A program made the translations under genes and the position numbers. 56,751 bases of DNA. Origin: Bacteroidales bacterium. Its GTDB lineage: Bacteria > Bacteroidota > Bacteroidia > Bacteroidales > UBA1402. A model generated the notes under the pieces. The model did no database searches and had not been told where the DNA came from. It saw only the letters and a program-made list of their open reading frames with translations. Shown here piece after piece: positions 1-9,893 of this stretch. Numbering within the stretch: the stretch's first letter is position 1; each line of letters opens with the position of its first letter. The stretch is taken from positions 1 through 56,751 of the forward strand of contig JAAYBL010000106.1 of NCBI GenBank assembly GCA_012718945.1. The letters are read 5' to 3'.

Positions 1-1
1 C

Positions 2-1966
2 GACAAGACGGTCTACAACCTGAGGGTGGATGGATCGACGGCTCTTTTGGCCACCGGTGTGGGCCTTTTACTCATTGATGTGGAGAAACAGCACATCATC
101 GACCATTACAGACCCTTACTGACAGCAACCCCCTATTCCATCCAGGAACACATCAGTGATGCAGCCATGACGGTTGATTCGCTGTTTTTAGCCACACCCA
201 ATGGTTTGTTTGCTGGAGATCGTTCGACCAACCTGCTTGATCCGGCAGCGTGGAAAAAACTACCGGTGCCTGCAGGCTCGGTGCCCACAAATCTGGTGAT
301 GTTTGATGGCCAATTGGTGATGCTGACTACAACGGGTGCGTTGTACGTCCGTCGGGGTGGTCAATGGCAGCATGTGTGGACAGACGGCGCTTTTATACGC
401 CTGCAAGCGACAGCCGATAAGCTGTATGTGTGTGCGTATGATAAAGGATATGTCTTCGAAACGGATTGGTCCTACAGTTTGATTACTGCTCCCGTTCATG
501 ATGTCAGTCGAGTGGATGCTCAAACCATTATTACGGCATCGGGTGCTCAGGGATTGATGACCTGGTCGCATACGGATACCGGTTACAATCAGACGGGAGA
601 ATCGGTTATTCCTGATGGACCTAGCCAGGAAACAGCGTGGTATGGTATGGTCAGGGATGGTGTGTATTACGCGACACCTGGTGGACGCTGGGGAGACAGA
701 CAATTCCTGGCTGGCGATGTGATGCGTTTTGATGGTGAGGAGTGGACGTCGCTTGAACAAAAAGATTCCATTTCTTTGATAACAGGAGAGCGGTTCATGG
801 ATATTCTAGGCATGGCCATCGATCCGAAAGAGGAAGGGCATTTTTTTCTTAGTAGTTGGGGCGAAGGGTTGTATGAATTCAGAAATCATCGTTTTTTCCG
901 CCTTCACAATCAATACAACAGCCCTCTGTTAACCCTACTGCCCGGGCCTTATTGTAGGGTGGACGGACCCGTTTTCGATGATGAGGGTAATCTATGGGTA
1001 CTGAACAGCAACTTCAGTTCAAAATTCACCAATGATACGATCATTCGTATCCTCAAACCCGATGGCACATGGACCAGTCTATGCTATCCAAAAATGCCAG
1101 CGGCGCCAACCTGGGGCTCCATCTTGTTTACCTCTACGGGTCAAATATGGATCAATTCAGTCAGGGCGAGGGGGTATGGAGTGGCTGTCATTGACAGGCG
1201 AGGTACAAACTGGGATACCTCTGATGATACAGTCCGGTGGTTTAATACACTGCCCTACGAAGAAGGTGTGCTCAATCCTTTCGTGTACAATTGCATCACC
1301 GAAGATTTGAACGGAACCTTGTGGATAGGCACCAACGAAGGTCCTGTATTGGCTCATAATCCGACTTCAATCTTCAACACCAATTATCAATTTACCAGGG
1401 TTAAAATTGCCAGAAATGACGGCACTGACCAGGCTGATTACCTGTTGAAGGATATCCGCATCAATTGTATAGCCGTTGATGGCGCCAATCGCAAATGGAT
1501 AGGTACCGAAGGTAGTGGGCTATACGTCTTATCGCCCGATGGTACTGAGACCGTTCATCGTTTCAACACAGATAACAGCCCCCTACCCTCCGACTACATC
1601 CTCTCCATCACCCTCCATCCGGAAACAGGTGAAGCGTTTATCGGTACCAGTGCCGGTCTGGTTTCGTACAGGGCTGAAGCGACAGCTGGAAAAGCAGATT
1701 ACAGCGCTGTACGTGTTTTTCCCAATCCCGTTAAGCCGGGTTATGCCGGTACCATCACCGTGACCGGCCTGCAAGCCAACAGTCAGGTCAGGATTACCGA
1801 CTTGAACGGCAACCTCCTGGTAGCTGGCACATCGTTGGGAGGACAATTCGGGTGGAGTGGCCTCAACCGTCAGGGAAAACCGGCGGCCAGTGGGGTATAT
1901 CTGGTGTTCAGCGCCACCGAGGACGGAATCGAACAACAGGTCAGCAAATTCATGATTATTCGTTGA
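2..1966 (+). CDS. porZ: Type IX secretion system component PorZ-like (beta-propellers plus T9SS C-terminal domain); 5'-truncated by the window edge
   Basis: The frame is open from base 2 (DKTVYNLRV...). It has propeller repeats (DDEGNLWV, EDLNGTLWIGT, VDGANRKWIGT), the PorZ-like 'IARNDGTDQADYLL' segment and a CTD (VFPNPV...SGVYLV...KFMIIR). Confidence 0.85.
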   Translation, partial: DKTVYNLRVDGSTALLATGVGLLLIDVEKQHIIDHYRPLLTATPYSIQEHISDAAMTVDSLFLATPNGLFAGDRSTNLLDPAAWKKLPVPAGSVPTNLVMFDGQLVMLTTTGALYVRRGGQWQHVWTDGAFIRLQATADKLYVCAYDKGYVFETDWSYSLITAPVHDVSRVDAQTIITASGAQGLMTWSHTDTGYNQTGESVIPDGPSQETAWYGMVRDGVYYATPGGRWGDRQFLAGDVMRFDGEEWTSLEQKDSISLITGERFMDILGMAIDPKEEGHFFLSSWGEGLYEFRNHRFFRLHNQYNSPLLTLLPGPYCRVDGPVFDDEGNLWVLNSNFSSKFTNDTIIRILKPDGTWTSLCYPKMPAAPTWGSILFTSTGQIWINSVRARGYGVAVIDRRGTNWDTSDDTVRWFNTLPYEEGVLNPFVYNCITEDLNGTLWIGTNEGPVLAHNPTSIFNTNYQFTRVKIARNDGTDQADYLLKDIRINCIAVDGANRKWIGTEGSGLYVLSPDGTETVHRFNTDNSPLPSDYILSITLHPETGEAFIGTSAGLVSYRAEATAGKADYSAVRVFPNPVKPGYAGTITVTGLQANSQVRITDLNGNLLVAGTSLGGQFGWSGLNRQGKPAASGVYLVFSATEDGIEQQVSKFMIIR

Positions 1967-2420
1967 GCGCTTTCAGCAAGTTACTCATGGTTTGATGCAA
2001 CACTGGGTGCTTCAGATCGGGTGCGATGGTGACCAGGGGTTCCAGCACAAAAAGCCGTTCGTGCAGGTGGGGATGTGGAATCACTAAATCCGCCGTTTCA
2101 CAAATCAGATTATCGTAAAACAAGATGTCAATGTCCATGGTGCGGTCGGAGTAGCCCGATTTGGCCGTTCTCGTGCGCCCCAGGCGCTTTTCGATGCGGT
2201 TGATGTGTACGAGGCAGTCCGAGGGTGACATCGTCGTTTCTACGGCAGCGCACGCGTTGAGAAACATGTGCGGCGAGTCAAACCCCCAAGGTGCCGTCTC
2301 AAAAACAGGCGATCGGGCCGTGATGGACCCGATCGTTGTTTCTATCTGTGCATAGGCTTCTTCCAGCAAGGCGGCTCTGTCGCCTCTGTTGGAACCCAGG
2401 CTGAGGTATACAATAGCCAT
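1956..2420 (-). CDS. folK: 2-amino-4-hydroxy-6-hydroxymethyldihydropteridine diphosphokinase
   Basis: YLSLGSNRGD, ETAPWG, FLNAC, RTMDIDIL and LVIPHP motifs. Confidence 0.97.
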   Translation of the reverse strand: MAIVYLSLGSNRGDRAALLEEAYAQIETTIGSITARSPVFETAPWGFDSPHMFLNACAAVETTMSPSDCLVHINRIEKRLGRTRTAKSGYSDRTMDIDILFYDNLICETADLVIPHPHLHERLFVLEPLVTIAPDLKHPVLHQTMSNLLKALNE

Positions 2421-2428
2421 GGTTGACG

Positions 2429-3478
2429 TTAGATGATCAACATGGCATCGCCGTAGGTGCCGAACCTGTATTTTTCCTTGATAGCTACCTCGTAGGCGTC
2501 CATGACAAATTCATAGCCACCAAAAGAGGCCACCATCATCAGGAGGGTGGACAGCGGGGCATGAAAGTTGGAAATCATGGTGTTGGCTACGCTGAAGTCG
2601 TAGGGAGGGAAGATGAATTTGTTGGTCCAACCGTCGAAAGGTTTGAGGTGACCGGCGGCTCCTACTGAGCTTTCGATGGCCCTCATGACGGTGGTTCCTA
2701 CAGCGCAAACGCGTCTGTTTTCATCCTTGGCTGCGTTGACGATGCGAACAGCGTCATCGGTGATGCGCATTTGTTCGGAATCCATCTTGTGCTTGGTCAA
2801 GTCTTCAACGTCAATTTCCCTGAAATTGCCCAAACCGGCGTGCAAGGTCACGTAGGCAAAATCAATACCCTTGATTTCCATGCGTTTGAGCAACTCGCGG
2901 CTGAAATGTAAGCCAGCAGCTGGTGCCACCACAGCCCCCTCATTGGCGGCGAAGATGGTTTGGAAGCGGGCTTCATCGTCTGGTTCTACCTGTCGTTGGA
3001 TGCTCCTTGGAAGGGGTGTTTCCCCCAAGGCATAAAGGGCATTTTTGAAGTCCTCATGGCTGCCATCAAACAGAAAGCGCAAAGTGCGTCCCCTGGATGT
3101 CGTGTTGTCAATGACTTCGGCCACCATCGATTCGTCTTCACCGAAATAAAGTTTGTTACCGATACGAATTTTACGGGCAGGATCGACCAACACATCCCAA
3201 AGACGGAATTCTTCGTTGAGTTCTCTGAGCAGGAACACTTCAATCTGAGCACCCGTTTTCTCCTTGTTGCCGTACAGGCGAGCGGGAAACACTTTGGTAT
3301 CGTTGAAGATGAATACATCCTTTTCGTCGAAATACTGTGTGATTTCTTTGAATACACGGTGTTCAATCGTACCGGAAGCCCTGTTGAGCACCATCAGCCT
3401 GGATTCGTCCCTGTTGGGCGCCGGATATTGGGCGATCAACTCTTCAGGCAGCTTGAACTTGAACTTTGAAAGTTTCAT
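2429..3478 (-). CDS. queA: S-adenosylmethionine:tRNA ribosyltransferase-isomerase
   Basis: [45 protein letters not shown] and YGDAMLII motifs. Confidence 0.97.
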   Translation of the reverse strand: MKLSKFKFKLPEELIAQYPAPNRDESRLMVLNRASGTIEHRVFKEITQYFDEKDVFIFNDTKVFPARLYGNKEKTGAQIEVFLLRELNEEFRLWDVLVDPARKIRIGNKLYFGEDESMVAEVIDNTTSRGRTLRFLFDGSHEDFKNALYALGETPLPRSIQRQVEPDDEARFQTIFAANEGAVVAPAAGLHFSRELLKRMEIKGIDFAYVTLHAGLGNFREIDVEDLTKHKMDSEQMRITDDAVRIVNAAKDENRRVCAVGTTVMRAIESSVGAAGHLKPFDGWTNKFIFPPYDFSVANTMISNFHAPLSTLLMMVASFGGYEFVMDAYEVAIKEKYRFGTYGDAMLII

Positions 3479-3498
3479 AGGGTCATATTTAGTTGTTA

Positions 3499-4224
3499 TT
3501 ATTGACGTTGGTCAGCAGGAGCCAGGTCTTCAGCCGTCAACCCGGATAACCAGGCTTCGAACGATTCGACACTGTAGCAGTCGTCCAGTTTGATTTCCCC
3601 TACCCTTGTGCGTTTGAGGGCTGTCAAGTGGGCACCACAACCCAAAGCTTCTCCCAAATCCCTGGCAAGAGCCCTGATGTAGGTGCCTTTGCTGCAAACA
3701 ATGCGCAGGGTGATGGCGGGCAGGGAACAATCCAGTAGTTCCAGTTCGTCAATGACCAGCACCTTGGGCTTGAGCTCTACCTCCTTACCCTTTCTGGCCA
3801 TTTCGTAGGCGCGTTTTCCGTCCACTTTACAGGCTGAAAAGGAAGGGGGCACTTGTTCGATGCGCCCCATAAACCTGGGTAATGTCTCTTCAATCAGGGC
3901 TTGGGTTACATGGCTGTAATCAAACCGTTGGTCGATGGGCTTTTCCAGGTCGTGTGAAGGGGTGGTAGCACCCAATTCGAGGGTGGCCACGTATTCCTTG
4001 GTCTGATACTGATAGCGCTCTATCAGTTTGGTCGCCTTGCCCGTGCAAAGTATCATCACACCGGTAGCCAAGGGATCGAGGGTGCCTGCATGCCCCACTT
4101 TTAGTTTTTTAATGCCCAACTTCTTACAGAGGTGGTACCTGACTTTGGCCACCAATTGGAAGGAGGTCCAGGTCAAGGGTTTGTCAAAGGGCAGCACCAG
4201 GCCTTCAAATACATTCATTTTCAT
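3499..4224 (-). CDS. truB: tRNA pseudouridine(55) synthase
   Basis: [27 protein letters not shown] and [13 protein letters not shown] motifs. The start is probably ATG 4224 or 4218 rather than 4242. Confidence 0.96.
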   Translation of the reverse strand: MKMNVFEGLVLPFDKPLTWTSFQLVAKVRYHLCKKLGIKKLKVGHAGTLDPLATGVMILCTGKATKLIERYQYQTKEYVATLELGATTPSHDLEKPIDQRFDYSHVTQALIEETLPRFMGRIEQVPPSFSACKVDGKRAYEMARKGKEVELKPKVLVIDELELLDCSLPAITLRIVCSKGTYIRALARDLGEALGCGAHLTALKRTRVGEIKLDDCYSVESFEAWLSGLTAEDLAPADQRQ

Positions 4225-4282
4225 ATAGTCGATGGCGAACAAGGGCGCTGCTCAGCGCGCCTGAACGGCACCAATGATTCAA

Positions 4283-5071
4283 TTAAACAGACAATGCGAG
4301 CGTTAACAAGCCTACCAGGGCACAATAGAGGGCAAACCAGATGAGTTTCCCTTTCTTAACCAGGGCAAGCATCCATTTACAAGCGGCCCAGCCAGACAAG
4401 AAAGCAGCCAGAAAGCCGACAATCAGGGAGGTGACCGGTATCGATGTAGTATTGGCCAAGTCACCACTGATCAATTCCAAAAAGGCTTCCCCGAGTATGG
4501 GGATGATGACCATTAAAAAGGAGAATTGAGCCACTTGTTCCTTTTTATTTCCTAATAGCAGGCCGGTGGCGATTGTGGCGCCCGACCTGGACAAACCGGG
4601 TACAACGGCTATAGCCTGTGCCAACCCGATGATGAATGCGCTACCCCAACTGATGGTTTCCTTTGGCCTTGGCTTGGCAAGGTGGGAAAAAGTCAGCAAG
4701 GTTGCTGTAACCAATAGCATGGCGCCGACGATGATTAAGCCGTTGCCGAAAAATTGTTCTACCGTGTCCTTGAAAAACAGGCCTACTATGAGCACTGGAA
4801 TCATGGATAAACCAATTTTCAGCAAGTAGGTGGTCTCCTCGTTGCGTTGGAAACGAAAAAAGCCCTTGAGGAGGCGACCGATTTCAGATCCGAGCACCAC
4901 CAAGGTACTCAAAACCGTGGCTGCGTGCACCACAATACCGAAGGTCAGGTTGTCGGCCCCTGATGTGCCAAACAAGGCGTTGCCTATTTCCAAGTGTCCA
5001 CTACTGCTGACGGGTAAGTATTCCGTCAAACCTTGAATTAGCCCCAACACCAAGGCTTCCCACCAACTCAT
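4283..5071 (-). CDS. uppP: Undecaprenyl-diphosphate phosphatase (BacA family)
   Basis: [15 protein letters not shown] and [10 protein letters not shown] motifs; polytopic membrane protein. Confidence 0.96.
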   Translation of the reverse strand: MSWWEALVLGLIQGLTEYLPVSSSGHLEIGNALFGTSGADNLTFGIVVHAATVLSTLVVLGSEIGRLLKGFFRFQRNEETTYLLKIGLSMIPVLIVGLFFKDTVEQFFGNGLIIVGAMLLVTATLLTFSHLAKPRPKETISWGSAFIIGLAQAIAVVPGLSRSGATIATGLLLGNKKEQVAQFSFLMVIIPILGEAFLELISGDLANTTSIPVTSLIVGFLAAFLSGWAACKWMLALVKKGKLIWFALYCALVGLLTLALSV

Positions 5072-5310
5072 TCCTTGTCTTTCTTTTTATAAAGGATACC
5101 TGCGATGACAAACAAGAAGCCAGCCAAGGAGATGCCTGGACCCAGGACGATGCGCCTGAAACTGAAAATATCAGGGTTGTAGGCTGTATCCAGCGAAGGC
5201 TTACCTGTCATGAGGATGAAGCCAAGCACGACCACCAGGAATCCAATGGCGATCAGCAGGAGGTTTTTTTTGCCTAATGCGAACTGTTTGAACGTGTCTT
5301 CTTTTTGCAT
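5068..5310 (-). CDS. DUF3098-type small two-TM membrane protein
   Basis: Two hydrophobic helices around [10 protein letters not shown], in the usual Bacteroidetes position between ftsX and uppP; overlaps uppP by 4 bp. Confidence 0.85.
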   Translation of the reverse strand: MQKEDTFKQFALGKKNLLLIAIGFLVVVLGFILMTGKPSLDTAYNPDIFSFRRIVLGPGISLAGFLFVIAGILYKKKDKE

Positions 5311-5325
5311 CTTAGTTATTCGTTA

Positions 5326-6207
5326 TTAAACGTAATATAGATCGTTTGTGTTCATTCTCAAATACTTATTTACAGCCAACCAGGTAGCGGATGTCATTAT
5401 GACCAAGCCGAACAGCAGGACCACCAGGAAAATGCTGCCCAGCATGATGGGATCCAACAGGTTGATGAGGCCACCCACTTTGCTGTCCAGGTAGAGGAGC
5501 AAGGCATAGAGGTAGCCCATGGCCAACACCGAGGCGATCAGGCCGCTCCAAATATTGCCGATCAGGAAGGGTTTGCGGATGAAACCCCTGCCCGCTCCCA
5601 CGAGTTGCATGGTGCGAATCAGGAAGCGTTTGGAATAGATGAGCAACCTCACCGTATTGCGGATGAGTGAATAAGAAATGAGCGTCAACAAGACGGCCAA
5701 AACCAGCAGTATTAAATTGATGCGTTTGACATTCTCGTTGACCAAATGGATGAGATCTTTGCGATAAATAACCTCCTGAACGTTTTTAAAGCGTTTCAGG
5801 TAGGTCTCAGCCATGGCCATGCTGTCGGTGTTGGCGTAATCGGCGTTTAAATAAACTTCAAAGGAGGCCAAAGCCGGGTTGTAACCCAAGAGGTCTTCGG
5901 GATTGTCTCCCAAGGCATCGACCAACTCTTTGAGCGCTGTTTCCTTATCGATGTACGTGACAGAACGAGCCCAGGGCAGGGCTTCCAATTTTTTCTGAAA
6001 CATACGGGCGTCAGGCAGTTCCATTTCATCGTCCACCACCACCGACATGCACACATTTTTCTTGACATGATCGGATAGGGCACCGGCCAAAAAGCCTAAT
6101 GTCAACATGATGCCGGCCAGGAATAATACCAGGCTGATGCTCAGTGTCGATGTAAAGCGGGCGTTAAACACCCTGGCGGCACTGACGGATTTTGGCTTTT
6201 GATTCAT
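5326..6207 (-). CDS. ftsX: Cell division permease-like protein FtsX
   Basis: N-terminal TM, periplasmic domain (LGYNPAL), then the 'NTVRLLIYSKRFLIRTMQLVGA...FIRKPF' FtsX permease motif. Confidence 0.93.
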   Translation of the reverse strand: MNQKPKSVSAARVFNARFTSTLSISLVLFLAGIMLTLGFLAGALSDHVKKNVCMSVVVDDEMELPDARMFQKKLEALPWARSVTYIDKETALKELVDALGDNPEDLLGYNPALASFEVYLNADYANTDSMAMAETYLKRFKNVQEVIYRKDLIHLVNENVKRINLILLVLAVLLTLISYSLIRNTVRLLIYSKRFLIRTMQLVGAGRGFIRKPFLIGNIWSGLIASVLAMGYLYALLLYLDSKVGGLINLLDPIMLGSIFLVVLLFGLVIMTSATWLAVNKYLRMNTNDLYYV

Positions 6208-6317
6208 AAACGGTAACCAGTGAAAAAAACAGACGACCCCTAAAATTGCCGCAAAAGTGCAAAAAATATCCCGAATGGCCGCAAAAATAACGAACTAATA
6301 CAGATTTATTGACAATT

Positions 6318-7652
6318 TTAAACAAGTTCACCCAACAACGTGGCTGATGTGTGGCCAGTGATGCGGACGCGGACTGTGTCACCTATACGGGTTTTGCCCT
6401 TTGGAAAGACGACCATTTTGTTTTGTTGGGTTCTTCCAGAAAAGTCCTCACGGGAGCGTTTGGAATAGCCCTCACACAAGACTTCGAACACCTGGCCTAC
6501 GTCCTTGGCGTTGCTGGCAGCCGACAGTTCGTTTTGAAGGGCGATCAGTTCATTGAGCCGTTCAATCTTCTCGCTTTCGGCCACGGTGTCCGGCAAGTGC
6601 TTGGCTGCGTACGTGCCGGGGCGTTCCGAATACTTGAACAGAAAGGCGCTGTCGAAGCCGACCTCACGCATCAGCGACAGCGTCTCCTGATGATCTTCGG
6701 GCGTTTCAGAGTGGAAGCCACAGAAGAGGTCGGTCGACAACCCGCAACCGGGAATAATGCGTCGGATTGCGGCCACCCTATCCAGGTACCAGGGTCTGTC
6801 GTACTTGCGGTTCATCAACTTGAGTATGCGCGAGCTACCCGATTGAGCGGGCAGGTGGATGTGTTTGCAGATGTTGGCGTGGGCGGCGATGGTTTCCAGG
6901 ATGTCGTCTGTCATATCCTTGGGGTGGGAAGTGGAGAAGCGGATGCGCACATCTGGTGCTGCATCGGCTACCAATGCCAGCAAACCGGCAAAGGTTAGGG
7001 TGGAGCCACCTTCTTCGGAGTAGCGGTAGGAATTGACATTTTGTCCGAGCAGCGTCACTTCTTTATACCCTTTGCTGACCAGGTTGGCTAGTTCGCCCAG
7101 AATGCTATCCGGGTCGCGGCTACGCTCCCTGCCCCTGGTGTAAGGGACAATACAGTAATTACAGAAGTTGTTGCAACCTCTCATAATGGAAATAAAACCG
7201 CTGATGCTGGGTCCGCCGATGCGGGAGGGCAACACGCTGCGGTAGGTTTCCGTGGTGGATAAATCGATGTTGACGGCTTTTTCACCTTGCTCCACGGCTC
7301 CGATCAAGTTGGGCAGATCCAGGTAGGCATCCGGCCCGGCCACCAGGTCAACGTGGTGCTTCTCCACCAATTCTTCTTTGACGCGCTCGGCCATACAACC
7401 TAATATACCCAGGATAAGCTTTTTACCTTTTTTCCGCTGAGCGTTGAAGTGGTTGATTCTGGACAGGATGCGTTGTTCGGCGTTGTCGCGGATGGAGCAG
7501 GTGTTGATCAACACCAGGTCGGCATCATCAGCCTTATCGGTCAGGATGAATCCATCCATCTCCAGGATAGAGGCGACAACTTCGCTGTCTGCCACGTTCA
7601 TCTGGCAGCCGTATGTTTCTATATAAACAGTTGAGGGAGTTTGATTTGTCAT
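6318..7652 (-). CDS. miaB: tRNA-i6A37 methylthiotransferase
   Basis: ETYGCQMN, NTCSIR and GCMA (UPF0004 domain), radical SAM CNNFCNYC, and a C-terminal TRAM domain. Confidence 0.97.
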   Translation of the reverse strand: MTNQTPSTVYIETYGCQMNVADSEVVASILEMDGFILTDKADDADLVLINTCSIRDNAEQRILSRINHFNAQRKKGKKLILGILGCMAERVKEELVEKHHVDLVAGPDAYLDLPNLIGAVEQGEKAVNIDLSTTETYRSVLPSRIGGPSISGFISIMRGCNNFCNYCIVPYTRGRERSRDPDSILGELANLVSKGYKEVTLLGQNVNSYRYSEEGGSTLTFAGLLALVADAAPDVRIRFSTSHPKDMTDDILETIAAHANICKHIHLPAQSGSSRILKLMNRKYDRPWYLDRVAAIRRIIPGCGLSTDLFCGFHSETPEDHQETLSLMREVGFDSAFLFKYSERPGTYAAKHLPDTVAESEKIERLNELIALQNELSAASNAKDVGQVFEVLCEGYSKRSREDFSGRTQQNKMVVFPKGKTRIGDTVRVRITGHTSATLLGELV

Positions 7653-8509
7653 GCTTTGAAATCGTTCGAAGAATACTGAGAAAAACGCAACATGATGCGG
7701 TCGCTATACGATTTTGACACGGGGATGTCGGGTACGTTTTCGTGGTCCAATCCCAGGAAAAGACCTTCCTTGTCCTTGCGCAACACCTTGACCTTGTCGA
7801 AATTGACCATGATGGAGCGGTTGCAGCGCGCCAAGGCTGTATTGGAGAGTCTTTCCTCCATGATTTTGAGCGTGTTTCGTATCATGAAGGTGGCAATTTT
7901 GCCTTTATTGAGGTAGTGAATTTTTACGTAATTGTCGGCTGCTTCCAACCACAGCACCTGGTCGGCCTGCACCGAAAGTTTCAGCTCGTTCTTTTCATCC
8001 ATGAAATTGATCATGCCTTTGTTGGCGGGGGCGGTTTGGGTTTCCTCACGGCTTAAACGCTCCAATTGTTTGGTGTTCTCTTTCCAGGCGAAATAAAGCC
8101 AGACTGTCGAGTAGGGTAGGGCCAGTACCAGACCGGTGTTGAGGGACGATTCACGCATCATCTCGGCGAAGTCCCTGGGATCATTCAATACCAATTTTTC
8201 AAACAGGGTATAGAATAGAGCCATGGCAATGATTTCTGCCAACACCCACAGGATGTATTGCCACACAAAAAGGTTTTGGGTCCTGGCGTGGTAATACATA
8301 ATGATACGGCTCACCACAACCACCAGCACACCCGTCAGGATGACCAGACTGGAAAAAACAAAAAACATAAACCGGCTCACTGGAAACCAGTTGGGGCTGT
8401 TGAAGGGCTGGTAGATGTTGATGAAGACCAGGGCAAACAAGGCCGTATACAGGATAAGGCGCATAATGTTGCCCTTTTCGTACAGGTAGGCTGGAATTTT
8501 CTGGTTCAT
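7649..8509 (-). CDS. Membrane-anchored LytTR-family transcriptional regulator (about 4 TM helices plus LytTR domain)
   Basis: Four hydrophobic N-terminal segments, then a C-terminal LEAADNYVKIHY...RCNRSIMVN...IPVSKSY LytTR pattern; no receiver domain. Confidence 0.88.
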   Translation of the reverse strand: MNQKIPAYLYEKGNIMRLILYTALFALVFINIYQPFNSPNWFPVSRFMFFVFSSLVILTGVLVVVVSRIIMYYHARTQNLFVWQYILWVLAEIIAMALFYTLFEKLVLNDPRDFAEMMRESSLNTGLVLALPYSTVWLYFAWKENTKQLERLSREETQTAPANKGMINFMDEKNELKLSVQADQVLWLEAADNYVKIHYLNKGKIATFMIRNTLKIMEERLSNTALARCNRSIMVNFDKVKVLRKDKEGLFLGLDHENVPDIPVSKSYSDRIMLRFSQYSSNDFKA

Positions 8510-8541
8510 ATATGTGCCTGGGATGTTGGTGGTCCAGGTTG

Positions 8542-8549
8542 CAAAAGTA
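8542..8549 (-). promoter_or_regulatory. Bacteroidetes sigma-A -7 element for the lytTR-miaB unit
   Basis: The minus strand reads TACTTTTG (TAnnTTTG) about 30 nt upstream of the ATG at 8509. Confidence 0.6.
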
Positions 8550-8594
8550 GTTTATTTCAGAAGGATAACCAACCAGCCCGTTTTATTTTGGTGG

Positions 8595-8670
8595 CACGTT
8601 CACCCCTCAAATCGTTGTTTCATCCCTCAAGCGTGCGTTTTGCCACCAGGGTGGTGACTGCAACCCTTTA
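8595..8670 (+). promoter_or_regulatory. Direct-repeat array, candidate LytTR operator
   Basis: TTCACCCCTCAA (8599-8610), TTCATCCCTCAA (8619-8630) and a weaker TGCAACCCTTTA (8659-8670), on a 20-bp register. Confidence 0.55.
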
Positions 8671-8742
8671 AATTGTACCTTCCAACAAGGATGGCTTATT
8701 TTGCGCTATCACGTTTCGTTCAATACATTAACTACAACGACA

Positions 8743-9822
8743 ATGGCTTCTCAAGCATCCTGTACCATTACTAAACAGACCGTTGTTTTCACCTCTCGAC
8801 CGGTTCGCTCCATGTCCAAACCTTTCCATCCGGTGGCAGCTGAAACTGAGGTTAGAGAAAACCGCTGCTTCGAATACCCGCTGTTCATTCCATCAGGCCC
8901 CAAAGCCTCAAAGGCATGTATCATTCTGCTGCATGGGCTCAACGAACCAAGCTGGGAAAAATACCTTAGTTGGGCCGAGGCATTGGCTGCCGGTACGGGC
9001 AAAACGGTCTTGTTGTTTCCCATTGCCTACCACATAAACAGGGCACCCAGTTGGTGGAGAGATCCCAGGGCCGCAGGATCGCTGCTTATCGAACGTCGTT
9101 CGGAAGCCGGAGAGAACAGCGCGCTGTCGTTTGCCAACGTTGCCCTTAGCCGACGGTTAAGTCAGGATCCCTCCCGTTTTTACCAATCAGGTCGGCAGAC
9201 TATCGCCGACCTGGTCGCCTTGGCCAGGCAGGTAAAGGGGGGCGTACATCCCTTTTTGGAAGCTGGCGCCACCCTCGATTTTTTTGGGTATTCCATTGGA
9301 TCTTTTCTGGCTGAAGTCTTGTTGATGGCCAATCCTGGTCGGTTGTTTAACCGGTCAAAGTTGTTTGTCTTTTGTGGTGGCTCCATTTTCAAAGCCATGT
9401 ACGGAGCCTCAAAATACATCATGGACAAGGTGGCATACGACCGCCTGTTCCATTATTATTGCCAGGAATGGCTGGAAAAGACGTCGGCGTTTACCTATGG
9501 TCGATCCATGGAAAGCCGTATCCTGAGGGCTTTCAATGCCATGATTCTGCCCGATGCTTTTCAGGAGGAGCGGTTGTCGTTTTTCAAGACCAGACAGTGG
9601 GCCATCGCTGGCATCTCGTTGAAGAAAGACAGTGTTATGCCTTACGCCGGCGTTCAGGCCTGCATGGGAGAGAGTGTGGCTACCGCTTGTTTTGAACAAC
9701 TGGATTTTCCCTTTGATTATTCCCACGAGAGTCCATTTCCAGCTCCGGGGCGGGTGGACAGAGGTGTACTGGCTGCTTCCTTCAGCAGGGTTTTTGGCAA
9801 GGCAACCTGCTTCCTGGCCTGA
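8743..9822 (+). CDS. Alpha/beta-hydrolase (DUF6051-like)
   Basis: LLHGLNE oxyanion motif, GYSIG nucleophile elbow, candidate Asp (KKDSV) and His (YSHE). ATG 8743 is preferred over TTG 8701. Confidence 0.8.
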   Translation: MASQASCTITKQTVVFTSRPVRSMSKPFHPVAAETEVRENRCFEYPLFIPSGPKASKACIILLHGLNEPSWEKYLSWAEALAAGTGKTVLLFPIAYHINRAPSWWRDPRAAGSLLIERRSEAGENSALSFANVALSRRLSQDPSRFYQSGRQTIADLVALARQVKGGVHPFLEAGATLDFFGYSIGSFLAEVLLMANPGRLFNRSKLFVFCGGSIFKAMYGASKYIMDKVAYDRLFHYYCQEWLEKTSAFTYGRSMESRILRAFNAMILPDAFQEERLSFFKTRQWAIAGISLKKDSVMPYAGVQACMGESVATACFEQLDFPFDYSHESPFPAPGRVDRGVLAASFSRVFGKATCFLA

Positions 9823-9846
9823 GTTCCAACTGTTTTTTCAGGGGTG

Positions 9847-9878
9847 TTTGCATTTCCCCCTCGGAATGTCTATTTTTG
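9847..9878 (+). promoter_or_regulatory. Bacteroidetes sigma-A promoter (-33/-7)
   Basis: TTTG at 9847-9850 and TATTTTTG at 9871-9878, separated by 20 nt. Confidence 0.65.
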
Positions 9879-9893
9879 AAAAAAAAAGAAGCC

